Assembly (NCBI GenBank): GCA_038087875.1
Contig: JAXLNO010000076.1
Span: 1 to 64,000 of the forward strand
Length of the DNA: 64,000 nucleotides
Reading direction: 5' to 3'
Source of the DNA: Malacoraja senta
Taxonomy: Eukaryota
The notes beneath the pieces were generated by a model. The model was not told where the DNA came from and did not search any database. It was given only the letters and a program-made list of their open reading frames with translations. This document shows positions 24,831 to 37,100 of the stretch, piece by piece (positions within the stretch are counted from its first letter, which is position 1; each line of letters opens with the position of its first letter). Made by a program: the position numbers and the translations under genes.

Positions 24831-26744
24831 TCAAAGGAACTTGAAGCTCTATTATTACCAGGAAATTCTGGGCCAAGATTATTTCTGGTTACTCCCGTTT
24901 CTCCCAGGTCATTTCTCTTAAACCTCAAACACAATCCTTTTGTGACTGTCTTAATGGTGGCCTTCCAAGTTTGGCTTCGGCCTGGAACATGGGTGACTTG
25001 CTCATCTGATTCACGCAGAGAGCTCTCAGAGGTTTGGCCCATAAATCTGGCACCACACTTTGTGCTTTGCCATTATCTTTCACAGAATTGCACACTTAGC
25101 AGTTGCTTTTGACCAGAGCGCGCTATTTATACCATCTAAGTGGTCATTAACCGGGTTTGCTGTCATCTTTGAAAGTCCGTTCCAACTGGATCCTCAGTTA
25201 TGTATTTATTCAAAGTGCATCACAAGGTAATAGATCACAAGAAATTGCACAAAGTAGAGATAGTATTGCTATGAGGGTCTTTGAAAGATGCTGAAAATAG
25301 TTTTTTTAATGTTAAATATTAACGTCATGGCATAATAAGTATCTATGAAGATTAGATTATATCTGAACGTCATACCATCTTACTCTTTGTCCATTATATA
25401 TATATGTAGCCTGGGCTGGTCTATTAAAGTAAAATGGGCAGAAAGTAACACCATTAGAGGGAAAATGATTCTTGAAAGGACCAAGCTAAATCTTTGCAGA
25501 AAAATAACATACTGCAATCACAATCATATTTTCAGAATAAAGATTAAAAAGCCCCTTCCTACAATGTTCTGTTTTTTTCAGCCTGAGTCAAATATATTGT
25601 AAAAGATGTGGGCAAAAATTGGTTGAAGATGCTGAAAATGCAGCGTTGTTTGCGGAGAGAACTTGTTCTGATTTCCGTACAATTTGAATCAATCTCTGTT
25701 TATTCTGTCTAAAAATATATAAATGAATTTTACTGAGTTATTTTCATTTCATTAGAGGCAGTTATAGAGCTATACAGCATGGGAACAGGCTCTTCAACCC
25801 AACTTTCTCTGGAACATCAGGGGTTGAGAGGAGACTTGATATACGTATATACAATTATGATTTTATATACTTGATGGCATTGATTGTGTAGACAGTCAGA
25901 ACCTTTTTCTCAGAGTGGAAATGTCCAACACTAGAGGGCACAGACAATAGACAATAGACAATAGGTGCAGGAGTAGGCCATTCTGCCCTTCGAGCCAGCA
26001 CCGCCATTCAATGTGATCATGGCTGATTATCCACAATCAGTACCCCATTCCTGCTTTCTCCCCATATCCCCTGACTCCGCTATCTTCAAGAGCCCTATCT
26101 AGCTCTCCCTTGAAAGTATTCAGAGAACCGGCCTCCACCGCCATCTGAGGCAGAGAATTCCACAGACTCATTACTCTCTCTGTGAAAAAGTGTTTCCTCA
26201 TCTCCGTTCTAAATGTTCTACCCCTTATTTTTAAACTGTGGCCCCTGGTCCGGACTCCCCCAACATCGGGAACATGTTTCCTGCCTCTAGCTTGTCCAAA
26301 CCCTTAATAATCTTATATGTTTCAATAAGATTCCCTCTCATCCTTCTAAATTCCAAAGTATACAAGCCCAGCCGCTCCATTCTCTCAGCATATGACAATC
26401 CCGCCATCCCGGGAATTAACCTTGTGTACCTACGCTGCACTACCTCAATACCAAGAATTAACCTTGTAAACCAAAACTGCACACAATACTCCAGGTGTGG
26501 TCTCACTAGGGCCCTGTACAACTGCAGAAGGACCTCTTTGCTCCTATACTCAACTCCTCTTGTTATGAAGGTCAACATACCATTTGCTTTTTTCACTGCC
26601 TGCTGTACCTGCAGTGCCGGATTTAGATGAAGAGAGGCCCTAGGCTATTCCATTTGTGAGGCCCCTCCCAATCCCCCACCTCCACGACGAGAGGAAGATG
26701 GAAGAGTCCACCAGATTGACACCGATGTGCAGCCGAGCGTGACC

Positions 26745-27750
26745 AATAATAATAATAATAATAATACATTTTATTTATGGGCGCCTTTCAAAAGTCTCAA
26801 GGACACCTTACAAAGTTTAACATGTAAGCGGAATGAAATAAATATTAAAGACATCACGAGTACACAAATTAAAGCCAGAATTCAATCCAAAAACAAAAAT
26901 CAAAATCACACTCTGGAAGAGAGAGCAGCGGCTGCTAAAGCGCGCCAGCGACCACTCTCCCGTCCGACCGCCATCTTGGACATAGACTAACATAGACACT
27001 ACACATTACACACAAAATCATCCCCCCACAATGATTACCACTGTGGGGGAAGGCACAATGTCCAGTCCCCAACCCCAGTTCAACCCAAAGTCAGGCCTAT
27101 TGAGGCCTCCACAGTTGCCTCTACGGAGGCCCGATGTTCCTGGCCGTTCTCGCCGGGTGGAGTTGCCCCGGTGTCGGGAGTCCTCACAGCGGCTGGGATG
27201 GCTGGAATGGCCGGTTTCCTACCGGAGTCCGTGGCACCTGAAGCCGACAAGGTCGCGCCGATGTGGAGCTCCGAGGCTCCCGATGTTAGGGTTGGCGCCG
27301 CCGCCCGCGGCTGTCCGCTCCGCAGTCCCGCAGCCCGGAGGTGTTGAGCTCGGCGGTCGCAGCTCACCGGAGCTCCAGCGCGTCGATCCAGCGCGGCGAC
27401 CCAGGCAAGGCATCGCCCGCTCCGCTCCACATCCGCAATGGCACTCCAGCGCTGTGCCGCCGCCGAAGCTGAAGGTGCCGGGCAGGCCCCGCCAGGAAAC
27501 GCCGCTCCACGCCGCTCCACGCCTGCTGGTAGGCCGCAAGGACGGGTCGACGGGGCAGCCCGGAGAAAAAGCTGCCTCACCGACCAGGTAGGGACCTAGA
27601 AAATAGTTTCCCCCTAACCCCCCCACATTAAAAGTCAAGATTCCCCCAAAAACAAAGACTAAGAAAAACTAAAAAACGAAGTAAAAAAGTGAAATTAACG
27701 GACGGCTGCTGGTTAGTAGCCGTTCTCCAAGATGGCTCCTCCTCCTCCTT
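26745..27750 (-). mobile_element. CpG-rich non-autonomous retroelement, second copy, with a different LINE-type tail and (ATT)n end
   Basis: Homologous to 22540-23160. Tail on the minus strand is TGTAAGGTGTCCTTGAG...AAAGGCGCCCATAAATAAAATGT(ATT)n. Confidence 0.65.
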
Positions 27751-28326
27751 CACTTGGCCAATGAGATAAGGGGCTGGAAAGCTGCATTTATTTATTTATT
27801 TATTTATTTATTGCCACTGCTAGTGTCGAGTTATCGGCTTAAAACACTATTATTCTGAAATGGAGGGCAAAGAAAATTACTGAAGGATTGTTTAGAGACT
27901 ACAGTGCTTTGTAACAGCATATGTAAGAAAGGCCTGTGACAGTGTCAAAAATATTATCAGGGCTCTCACTTAACTTTTTTTCTCTGTTTCCAGCTGGGCA
28001 ACCTAGGCAGCTTTTTAGGTTGCCAAAAGACAGTTTAGCTGGTCATTTAAGACGGCTTGCGATAATGTGCTCGGACAAAGTGCGTAGCTACCAGTCGGAA
28101 TTATGCTCAATGAAGCATTCACATTTTATTTCTGCTTCGAATAAAGTCACAAACTAAACATATTCACCAATCAAGACATGATATATACCACAATGACAAG
28201 CAGCAAAATTATAATACGGACTATACAGTACATCAACTATTTTTACACGTTGCAATGAATGCAATTTCTATTATTTCTTTCCACTTCCAAACAATAATGT
28301 GGTTGGATTATTCCACGTATGATCAA

Positions 28327-29495
28327 CCTCGGTGAGAACAAGCGCAGGCTTGGCGATCGCTTCGCACAACACCTCCACTCAGTTCGTAATAACAAACCTG
28401 ATCTCCCGGTGGCTCAGCACTTCAACTCCCCCTCCCATTCTGAATCCGACCTTTCTGTCCCGGGCCTCCTCCATGGCCAGAGATAGGCCCACCGCAAATT
28501 GGAGGAACAGCACCTCATATTTCGCTTGGGTAGTTTACAACCCAGCGGTATGAACATTGGCTTCTCCAATTTCAGGTAGTCCTTGCTTTCTCCCTCCTTC
28601 CCCTCCCATTCCCAGCTCTCCCACAGCCTACTGTCTCCGCCTCTTCCTTTCTTTTCCCCATCCACCCCCTCCGCCCAGACATCAGTCTGAAGAAGGGTCT
28701 CGACCCGAAACGTCGCCTATTCCTTCGCTCCATAGATGCTGCCTCACCCGCTGAATTTCTCCAGCTTTTTTTGTGTACCAACGGGATCCCACCACTGGCC
28801 ACATCTTCCCATCTCCTCCACTGTCAGCTTTCAGCAGAGACCACTCCCTCCGTAACTCCCTGGTCAATTCGTCCCTTCCCACCCAAACCACCCCCTCTCC
28901 TGGCACTTTCCCTTGCAATCGCAGGAAATGCTACACTTGTCACTTTACCTCCCCCCTTGACTCCATTCAAGGACCCAAGCAGTCTTTCCAGGTGCGGCAG
29001 AGGTTCACCTGCACCTCTTCCAACCTCACCTATTGCATCAGCTGCTCTAGGTGTCAGCTGCTCTACATCGGTGAGACCAAGCGTAGGCTTGGCGATCGCT
29101 TCGCCCAACACCTCCGCTTGGTTCGCAATAACCAACCTGATCTCCCGGAGGCTCAGCACTTCAACTCCCCCTCCCATTCCAAATCCAACCTTTCTGTCCT
29201 GGGCCTCCCCCATGGCCAGAGTGAGGCCCACCGTAAATTGGAGGAGAGGGACCTCATATTTCACTTGGGCAATTCACACCCCAGCGGTATGAACAATGAC
29301 TTCTCCAATTTCAGGTAGTCCCTGCTTTCTCCTCCCCTTCCCAGCTCTCCCTCAGCCCACTGTCTCCGCCTCTTCCTTTCTTCTTCCCACCCTCATATCA
29401 GTCTGAAGAAGGGTCTCGACCCGAAATGTTGCCTATTTCCTTCACTCCATAGATGCTGCCTCACCCGCTGAGTTTCTCCAGCATTTTTGTTTACC
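28327..29495 (+). mobile_element. Penelope-like element, partial tandem of 3' ends; GIY-YIG endonuclease region
   Basis: ORF 28773-29318 reads 'GTFPCNRRKCYTC...FTCTSSNLTYCISCSRCQLLYIGETKRRLGDRFAQH...AQHFN'. 28327-28772 repeats 29065-29490. Confidence 0.92.
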
Positions 29496-30225
29496 GATTC
29501 ACACAAGTTCTGTTATCCCACTTTCCTCACCCACTCCCTACACATTAGGGGCAATTTTACAGAGACAAGTTAACCTACAAGGCCAATGCATCTTTGGGAT
29601 GTGGGAGGAAACCCACACGCTTGCAGGGAGAATGTGCAAATTCAACACAGACAGTGCCGGAGGACAGGATTGAACACAGATCTCTGGCGTGTGAGGCAGC
29701 AAGTCTACCAGCTGTGCCACTATATTTTGTTTTCCAACACACAAAAAATTATACGTTGATAAATTTGGATACTAAAAACTATCCATTTTCAGTCTTAAAT
29801 CTCCAAGTGATGCTATGTCCCCCTTTACAGCTACTGTATGTTTTAATTTAGTTCAAGACCATGGGGCAGTACATTGGCCATAAAGTTGCTGCCTAAAAGT
29901 GCCCAAGACCCGGAATTGATCCTGAATATGGGTGCTGTCTGTATGGAGTTTGCTCCTTTTCCCTTTGATCGCATGGGTTTTCTCCAGGTGATCTTGTTTC
30001 CTTCCACATTCCAAAGGTGTGCAGGAATCTTTTTCAGCCAACCCAAAACATAATATTTTCCTTTTGTCCAGAGATTCTGTCTGACCTGTTGAGTTACTCC
30101 AGGTTTTTGTGTCTATCTTCAGTTTAAACCAGCATCTGCAGTTCCTTCTTACACACACAATACAATACAATAGAACTTTATTAATCCCAGGAGGGAAATT
30201 GTGTGTGTGTGTGTGTGGGTATATA

Positions 30226-31759
30226 TCTATATTACTAAAAGTCTGATCTTGACCACTTCCTGTTGTTCTGTATATTGATTTTAGAAAAAACACTGCCACT
30301 TATGGCTGTGATTTTTGGCCATCTTACGCTGCGCAGGACAAGAGGATTTATCCCATCGATGAAAACTAAAAGAATTATTAGTGGTTATAAAATGTTGAGA
30401 TTCTCTCTCCTGAAGGCCACATCCCTTCTGGAGGGACTATAAAACCCGGAAGTGTTGAGTGCCTCAGTCAGTCTCTGCAAGATGGGGGAAGCAAGAGGGT
30501 CTCTCAGTCTGAGGAGCGAATAACACTGAACACATGTCTACTAAACTGTGAGTGGTTTTACTGATCTGTCAGTGCCCTTAATGTTGTTTGAAAATATAGT
30601 TTGGAAATGCTAAAGCTGTGTTGCCTTTGGTTTGGAAATGCTAAAGCTGTGTTGCCTTTGGTTTGGAAATGCTAAAGCTGTGTTGCCTTTGGTTTAGAAA
30701 TGCTAAAGTTGTGTTGCCTTTGGTTTGGAAATGCTAAAGCTGTGTTGCCTTTGGTTTGGAAATGCTAAAGCTGTGTTGCCTTTGGTTTGGAAATGCTAAA
30801 GCTGTGTTGCCTTTGGTTTGGAAATGCTAAAGCTATGTGGCCTAATTAAAGTTGTCTAGCCAAATTAAAGTTGCCTTGGCTAATTAAAGTTGCCTTGCCT
30901 AATTAAGGTTGCCTTTCCAAATTAAAGTTGCCTTGCCTAATTAAAGTTGCCTTGCCTAATTAACGTTGCCTTGCCTAATTAAAGTTGCCTTGCCTAATTA
31001 AAGTTGCCTTGCCTTCTATATAATTAAAAGTCTAATCTTGACTACTTCCTGTTTGCGCTTTATATTGATTTTAGAAAAATGCTACCACGCACGGCTGTGA
31101 TTTTTGGCCATCTTACTGAGTTCCCCTCCGCTCATCAGGTGCCGAGGATTTTCCCATCGATGAAAAATAAAAGAGTTATTAGTGTTTAAAAAATGTTGAG
31201 ATTCTCTCTCCTGTCAATCACGCCATGAAGGCCACGCCCCTTCTAGTGGGAGGGGGGAGGGACTATAAAACCCAGAAGTGTGGGTGTGGCTCAGTCTCTG
31301 CAAGATGGAGGAGGGAGAGGTCATGACTCGCTGTCTTTAGTGGCCTTGCACCCTGCTTGAAATGGTATGACCCTGCACTTGAATTTGGTGGCCTTGCACC
31401 CTGTTTGAAGTGGTAAGAAACTGCACTTGAATTTGGTGGCCTTGCACCCTGCTTGAAACGGAATTTCAAGGAATAGACGTGAGTCAACTGCCAGCCCACC
31501 AGCCATGAGTGAGTGAGCTGCCAGCACAATAGGCTTGAGTGACTGAGCCGCCAGCCCAAGAATCCATTCGGCCCACAATGTCCATACTAGCCCTCTGGAA
31601 ACCAGTCCCTTCAGCCCACAACACCCACACTAGTGCTCCAGAAAGCCCCCACCCCCCCACTGGCCACCAATATTGGAATTGGTGGAGAGGTGGAATATTG
31701 CGTTGGGGGACCAGCCCTCCCGTGTGATGCTGGGACACAACGGGTCTCACTTAATCTAG
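30226..31759 (+). mobile_element. Composite non-autonomous Helitron (two 5' modules, one 3' end)
   Basis: A|TC 5' end at 30226 and a second TCTATATAATTAAAAGTC at 31015. Subterminal hairpin TGGGAC-ACAACGG-GTCTCA (31731-49), then CTAG|T at 31756-60. No TSD. Confidence 0.85.
30600..31012 (+). repeat. 31-bp minisatellite (~8 copies) followed by a 19-bp minisatellite (~9 copies) inside the Helitron
   Basis: Units TTGGAAATGCTAAAGCTGTGTTGCCTTTGGT and TAATTAAAGTTGCCTTGCC. Confidence 0.93.
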
Positions 31760-31761
31760 TA

Positions 31762-31888
31762 ACACACACACACACTAACACACACTAACACACACTAACA
31801 CACACTAACACACACTAACACACACTAACACACACTAACACACACTAACACACACTAACACACACTAACACACACACACACACACACA
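31762..31888. repeat. (ACACACACTA)n / (CA)n simple repeat
   Basis: Directly visible. Confidence 0.95.
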
Positions 31889-34153
31889 AATTATATAGTC
31901 ATATATAAATATACACCGTTTTGTTTTCTCGTTTATAACATTGTTTACAGAGTACTATATTTACATATTCTGTTGTGCTGCTGCAAGTAAGGATTTCATT
32001 GTTCTAACTGGGACGTGAGAGAATAAAACACTCTTGACTCTTGACTTACTTTGCTAATGTGTGGGATAGAACTACTGTACGGGTGATCGGTGGTCGAAGG
32101 GCCTGTTTCCACGCTGTATCTTTCAATTAAACTAAAAACACTAAAACCAGAGGGAGTTTAAAGAAGGGTCTCTACCCGAAACATCACCCAATTTCTTCTA
32201 TCCAGAGTTGCTGGCTGCTCCATGGAGTTCCCCCGCACAATTAAAGCATGGAATAGTCTCCACCCTACCATAGTTACCCAACCAGACGCAACAAAATTTA
32301 AGGTAGTAGAAACCAGAAGCAAGAGTTACTCCAGCTCCAGGGAGAGATTCTGCGTTGGTTTTCAGCGGTCGCAGCGAGACGGCGACCGGACAGCAATGGC
32401 GGCCAGATCTCCCACAATTCAAAGAGAGGGAGAAAGTGCCCAGCGCCAACCAGTTGCCGTGGCAGTGCGCATGTGTAGGGCGGGCGATGATGTGCTGGCC
32501 GTGGTTGTGCGCATGTGCAGGGGGGAGGATGTGCTGGCCGTGGCAGTGTGCATGTGCAAGGCGGCCGGCCGTGCCGGCGGATGAGGAGCGGGCGGAGAGC
32601 GGAGTTGAACGGCAGGTATCCCGGGTGCTTGCCAAGCCGGGCAAAATGACAATACTTTTCTGTTGCCCAGCGGGACGTTAGGTGGCCATTGGCATCTGGG
32701 TAACCGTTAATTTTGAGCCTGGACTTGGCCGGAGGACCCCTAGATTTTGAGGCCCTAGTCTTCAGCCTACGAAGCCTATAGGTAAATCCGGCTCTGTGTA
32801 CTTGCATGCTTACTTTCATTGACTGATGAACAAGGACCCCCCCAGATCCCGTTGTACTTCCCATTTTTCCCAATTTGACACCATTTAGATAATAATCTTC
32901 ATTCCTGTTTTTGCTTCCAAAATGGATAACCTCACATTTATCCACATTAAACTGCATCTGCCATGCATCTGCTCACTCACCCAACCTGTCCAAGTCACCC
33001 TGCATTCTCATAGCATCCTCCTCACAGTTCACACTGCTTTGGAGTGTCATCTGCAAATGTTACTTGTAATCCCTTCATCTAAAGGTGAGAGGGGGAAAGT
33101 TTAATGGAGCCGTGCTGGGCAAATTTTATACACAGGGAGAGGTGTCTGCCTGGAATGCATTGCCAGGAGTGATGGTGGAGGCAGATATGATAATGGTGGT
33201 TAAAAGGCTTTTAGATAGGCAAATGGAAGTTACTCATCACTCGTGACCGAGTAAATATAAGCTGCTTCAGCCGCCTTACCATGGCCTGAATGAATAGGCA
33301 AAGTTGGCACTATTAAATTTAATGTTGCCTCATCCTTAATATCGTAAGAGGTATTTACTGATAAACCCCTACGTTTTATCAGCTGCGATGATACAATGCC
33401 CTTTGATCTGAGTAGGGCAGCATTAGCTTCCACTACTGGCTTTGTTATGAAAAACACCAGATATATCTGTGCCTCTTGTGTATAGATATGGCAAAGTATG
33501 CATCTTCATGATCGATTCTCTGAATCAGCTAAATTGCTGAAAGCCAATCATTCATCTCAAACTGGGTAACCAAACACATGATTAGATTAGCCAAACCTAA
33601 CCTGATTTGGCATGCTCCACTTTTCTGTAATCTTGAGAAATATCAGAAATATGCCCCTCTTGTTCTTGGGCTCATCCTCTGTGAGATGTCACTGATTCCA
33701 CTTGGAACCACCGTTCCTCTGTTGACCATATGGACGGAAATGTTTTGCTTCTCTTGCCGCGTAAGATGCATTATCTAGTTATTCATACATTTCACTGATA
33801 ACATATAATCAGAACCTTATGACTAGAGCTGAAACACAGTATCCACTTGATGTGGGAATACGAGTTCCCTGTCAACTCTTGACTATTAGAGTCACCACGA
33901 ATCCTCAGCGTTCTTCCTCAGAGTGGAATTTAGCATAATGCAAGCCTGAACCAGGAATTGCTTCGCTGTCCTCTGACTGAAACCACCTGTCTGAGTCGCC
34001 AGTGTGCGCAACACAATTTCGACCAGCCACTCAATCAGGAATACTGGTATTGAGAGCCTACAGATTATTATATATACATTTTTGATTCACAACATGAACC
34101 TGCAGGTCAGATAAAAATACTATATGCCAGACCGGCTTCCTGCTGGTAGCTAC

Positions 34154-37100
34154 TGTAAAGGATTGATATCGAGACATCGTTACTTTACTATCTTTATTCA
34201 TACTGGACATTATACATTGCACTAGCTGTACGTGGTCTGTCACAGGAACTAGAGGGCGATCTGTGGGTGTGGAGGTTGTAGTTATACTTGTGATATGGGG
34301 AGTGGTTAGTGGGTGTGAGGTCACTATGTTAAAGGCACATGCATATCTCATCTACATCCTTCCTCCCCGAAACGACAGGCAAATACAAAGGTGACATGGC
34401 GACCACGGCTCATGCGCTAGGATAGCTAGGCAACATCGCCATAGCGGTCAGGCGGTTTGACCAGACGTCCCGCCCGGGTTCGCGTCTCGCCATCCACCCT
34501 TCCTGGAGGAGGAAGAGGCACCAGCGGGGACAGACGAACCTGAAAGGGAGAAACGGGAGGAAACGGAAGAGATCGCGGCACCGAAATCGGAGGGGATGCG
34601 GGGCCGGGACCGGGGAGAGCGCGGGGAGGCGTGCGAGGACTAGTCGGAGTGTGTTGGAGCGGAGGGGGCGAAGGAGGAGCAGAGCGAGGCATGCAGGGAA
34701 TCACGGGCAGGGCAACGGCCGGACGGGAAACAGGCAGCGGGGGAGCAAAGGGATCGGCGGGAGGAGGACGCGGCTCGTGGACGAGCCGAAGGTGCTGGCG
34801 AGACCGTCGGTAAATGGTCCCAGCGTAGTCGACGAAATAGGACCTGGGCGACCCCGCAGAGCCGACGACAGTAGCGAGCTTGGAGTGACCGGGAGTGGTC
34901 TGCATACGGACTACTTGACCGGGGAAGAGGGGCGGCAGCGGGTGGCAGGACCTGTCATGGGACCGCTTTTGGACGTCTTGCCTGAAGGCAATCCGTTTCT
35001 GAACCGCCGCAGGTGGAAGGACCGAGGGTATGAGGGATCGCTGGGCCACCGGGAGTGGGAGCCTGGTAGCGCGAGACAGGAGCCGCTGAGCAGGTGAACC
35101 CATGGCAGGGTCGCGAGAGATGTTCCGAAGGCTGAGGAGGGCCAGGTGGAAGTCGGAGTTAATGCCACCACACTGTTCCAACAAGTGCTTAGCACTGCGG
35201 ACCGCGCGCTCGGCCAAACCGTTGCTTTGCGGGTACTCCGGGCTGCTTGTGAAATGGCGAAAGTTCCATCTGGAAGCGAACGCTTTAAACTCGGAGCTCG
35301 TGAACTGGCTGCCATTGTCCGACTGCAGGCTTGCCGGGGGGCCAAAAGTGCTAAAGTGAGGGTCCAACCTGTCGATGACGGCCGAAGAGGTCACGGAAGG
35401 CAGCCGGTCAACCGCAAACCAGCTGGAGTAGAAGTCAACGAGTACCAGGAAATGTTTGCCCCGCCACTCGAAAATGTCTGTGGCGAGCGCCATCCAGGGC
35501 AGTCCGGGCGCGGGCTGCTGTAGAAGCGGCTGACGCTGCTGATGGGGGGCGCGGCTGTTGCAGGTGGAACACGATGAGACCCTCTCCCGGATGTACTTTG
35601 CCATATCCGGCCAATAGAACTGTGCCTTGGCGAGAGACAAAGTGGCTTCGGCCCCAGTGTGACCGCGGTGTGCGACCTGAAAATAGTGGTCGTGCAGCGC
35701 CGCGGGCACGACCACTTTGTGACCCTTCACCACCACGCCGTCGTGCAATACGAGCTCGTCCCGAATCAGGAAGTAGGGCACGGCTCCAGCCGGCAGTGCC
35801 GAGCGACGGTCAGGCCAGCCCTGCCGGATGACGGCAGACAGCTGTTGCAGGGCAGGGTCGTTGGTAGTGTGTTCAACCAGGGATTTCATCTGTGGCGAGG
35901 GGACGAAGTTCAATCGTAGTACTAGTAACTCGGACGTTTCGTATTGGTGGCGAGCAGTGGACGTCAGCGGGGCGCGAGACAACGTGTCGGCTACGAACAT
36001 GTCCTTCCCCTTACGGTAAACCACCGTGAACGTGAAACGCTGGAGCTGCAGCAGCATGCGCTGCAGACGTGATGAGGCCACATGGATCGGTTTGTTGAGG
36101 ATGGTAACAAGTGGTTGATGGTCAGTTTCAACGGTAAAAGTGTTGCCCACGATGTAGTCCCGGAATTTGGAGCAGGCAAACAGCACGGCCAGTAGCTCCT
36201 TCTCAATCTGCGCGTAGTGCTGTTCGGTGGCGGTCATGGTGCGGGACGCGAATGAGACAGGCATCTGCAGGCCGTCATGGACCTGGAGGCAGGCGGCACC
36301 GAGTCCGAATTGAGAGGCGTCGCAGGTGAGGACAATGGGATGCCGCAGGTCAAAGAACTTGAGCGTGGGTGTGCTGATCAGTTTAGACTTAAGAATGTCA
36401 AATGCCTTCTGATGATTGGGTAACCAAAGCCAGGAAGTGTCCTTTTTGATCAGATCCCTCAGGGGAGCGCTGAGCTCGCTTAGGTCGGGGATGAACTTCC
36501 CCAGGTAGTTTACCAAGCCGAGAAAGCGTTGCAGGCCTGCCACGTTAGTAGGAGGAGGCATCCCTGAGATGGCAGTCGTTTTCTGCGGGTCAGGCTTCAG
36601 CCCCTCAGCGGTGAATACGTGTCCAACATAGGTGACCTCCGAGACGCGGAACCGGCACTTCTTGGGGTTCAGTTTCAAGTTGATTTGCCTGGCCCGGTCC
36701 AGGATCAGGCGGAGGTTGACATCATGTTCGGCAACATCCTTACCGTAAACGAGGATGTCGTCAACAATTATGGCGCAAGGCAGATCTGAAAACAACTGTT
36801 CCATGGTTCGCTGGAATACCTCGCTGGCAGAGTTGATTCCGAAGGGCATTCGGAGGAACCGAAACCTTCCGTAGGGGGTGGCGAAGGTTGTCAAAATGGA
36901 CGACCGCTCGTCCAGTGGTATCTGCCAGAATGAACTCTTGGCATCGAGGACCGAAAAGACCGTTGCTGGACCAACCCGTGCAGCGACGTCTTCCACCGTT
37001 CTCATAGGGTAGTGAGGGCGCCGAATGGCCAGGTTGAGGTCTCTGGGGTTGATGCAGATGCGTATCTCACTCATGTCCTTTTTAGCAGCAACAACCATGG

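Larger units (their letters stand above)
26612..32796. mobile_element. hAT-like TIR element without transposase, filled with nested elements
   Basis: TIRs CAGTGCCGGATTTA and TAAATCCGGCTCTG. 8-bp TSD TGTACCTG (26604-11) / TGTACTTG (32797-804). The flanking CR1 frame is rejoined on removal. Confidence 0.88.
25945..33040 (-). mobile_element. CR1 LINE 3' fragment split into 25945-26611 and 32797-33040 by a hAT-like insertion
   Basis: 'MQFNVDKCEVIHFG...GVLVHQSMKVSMQV' (right part) continues as 'KKANGMLTFITRGVEYRSKEVLLQLYRALVRPHLEYCVQFW' (left part). Confidence 0.9.
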
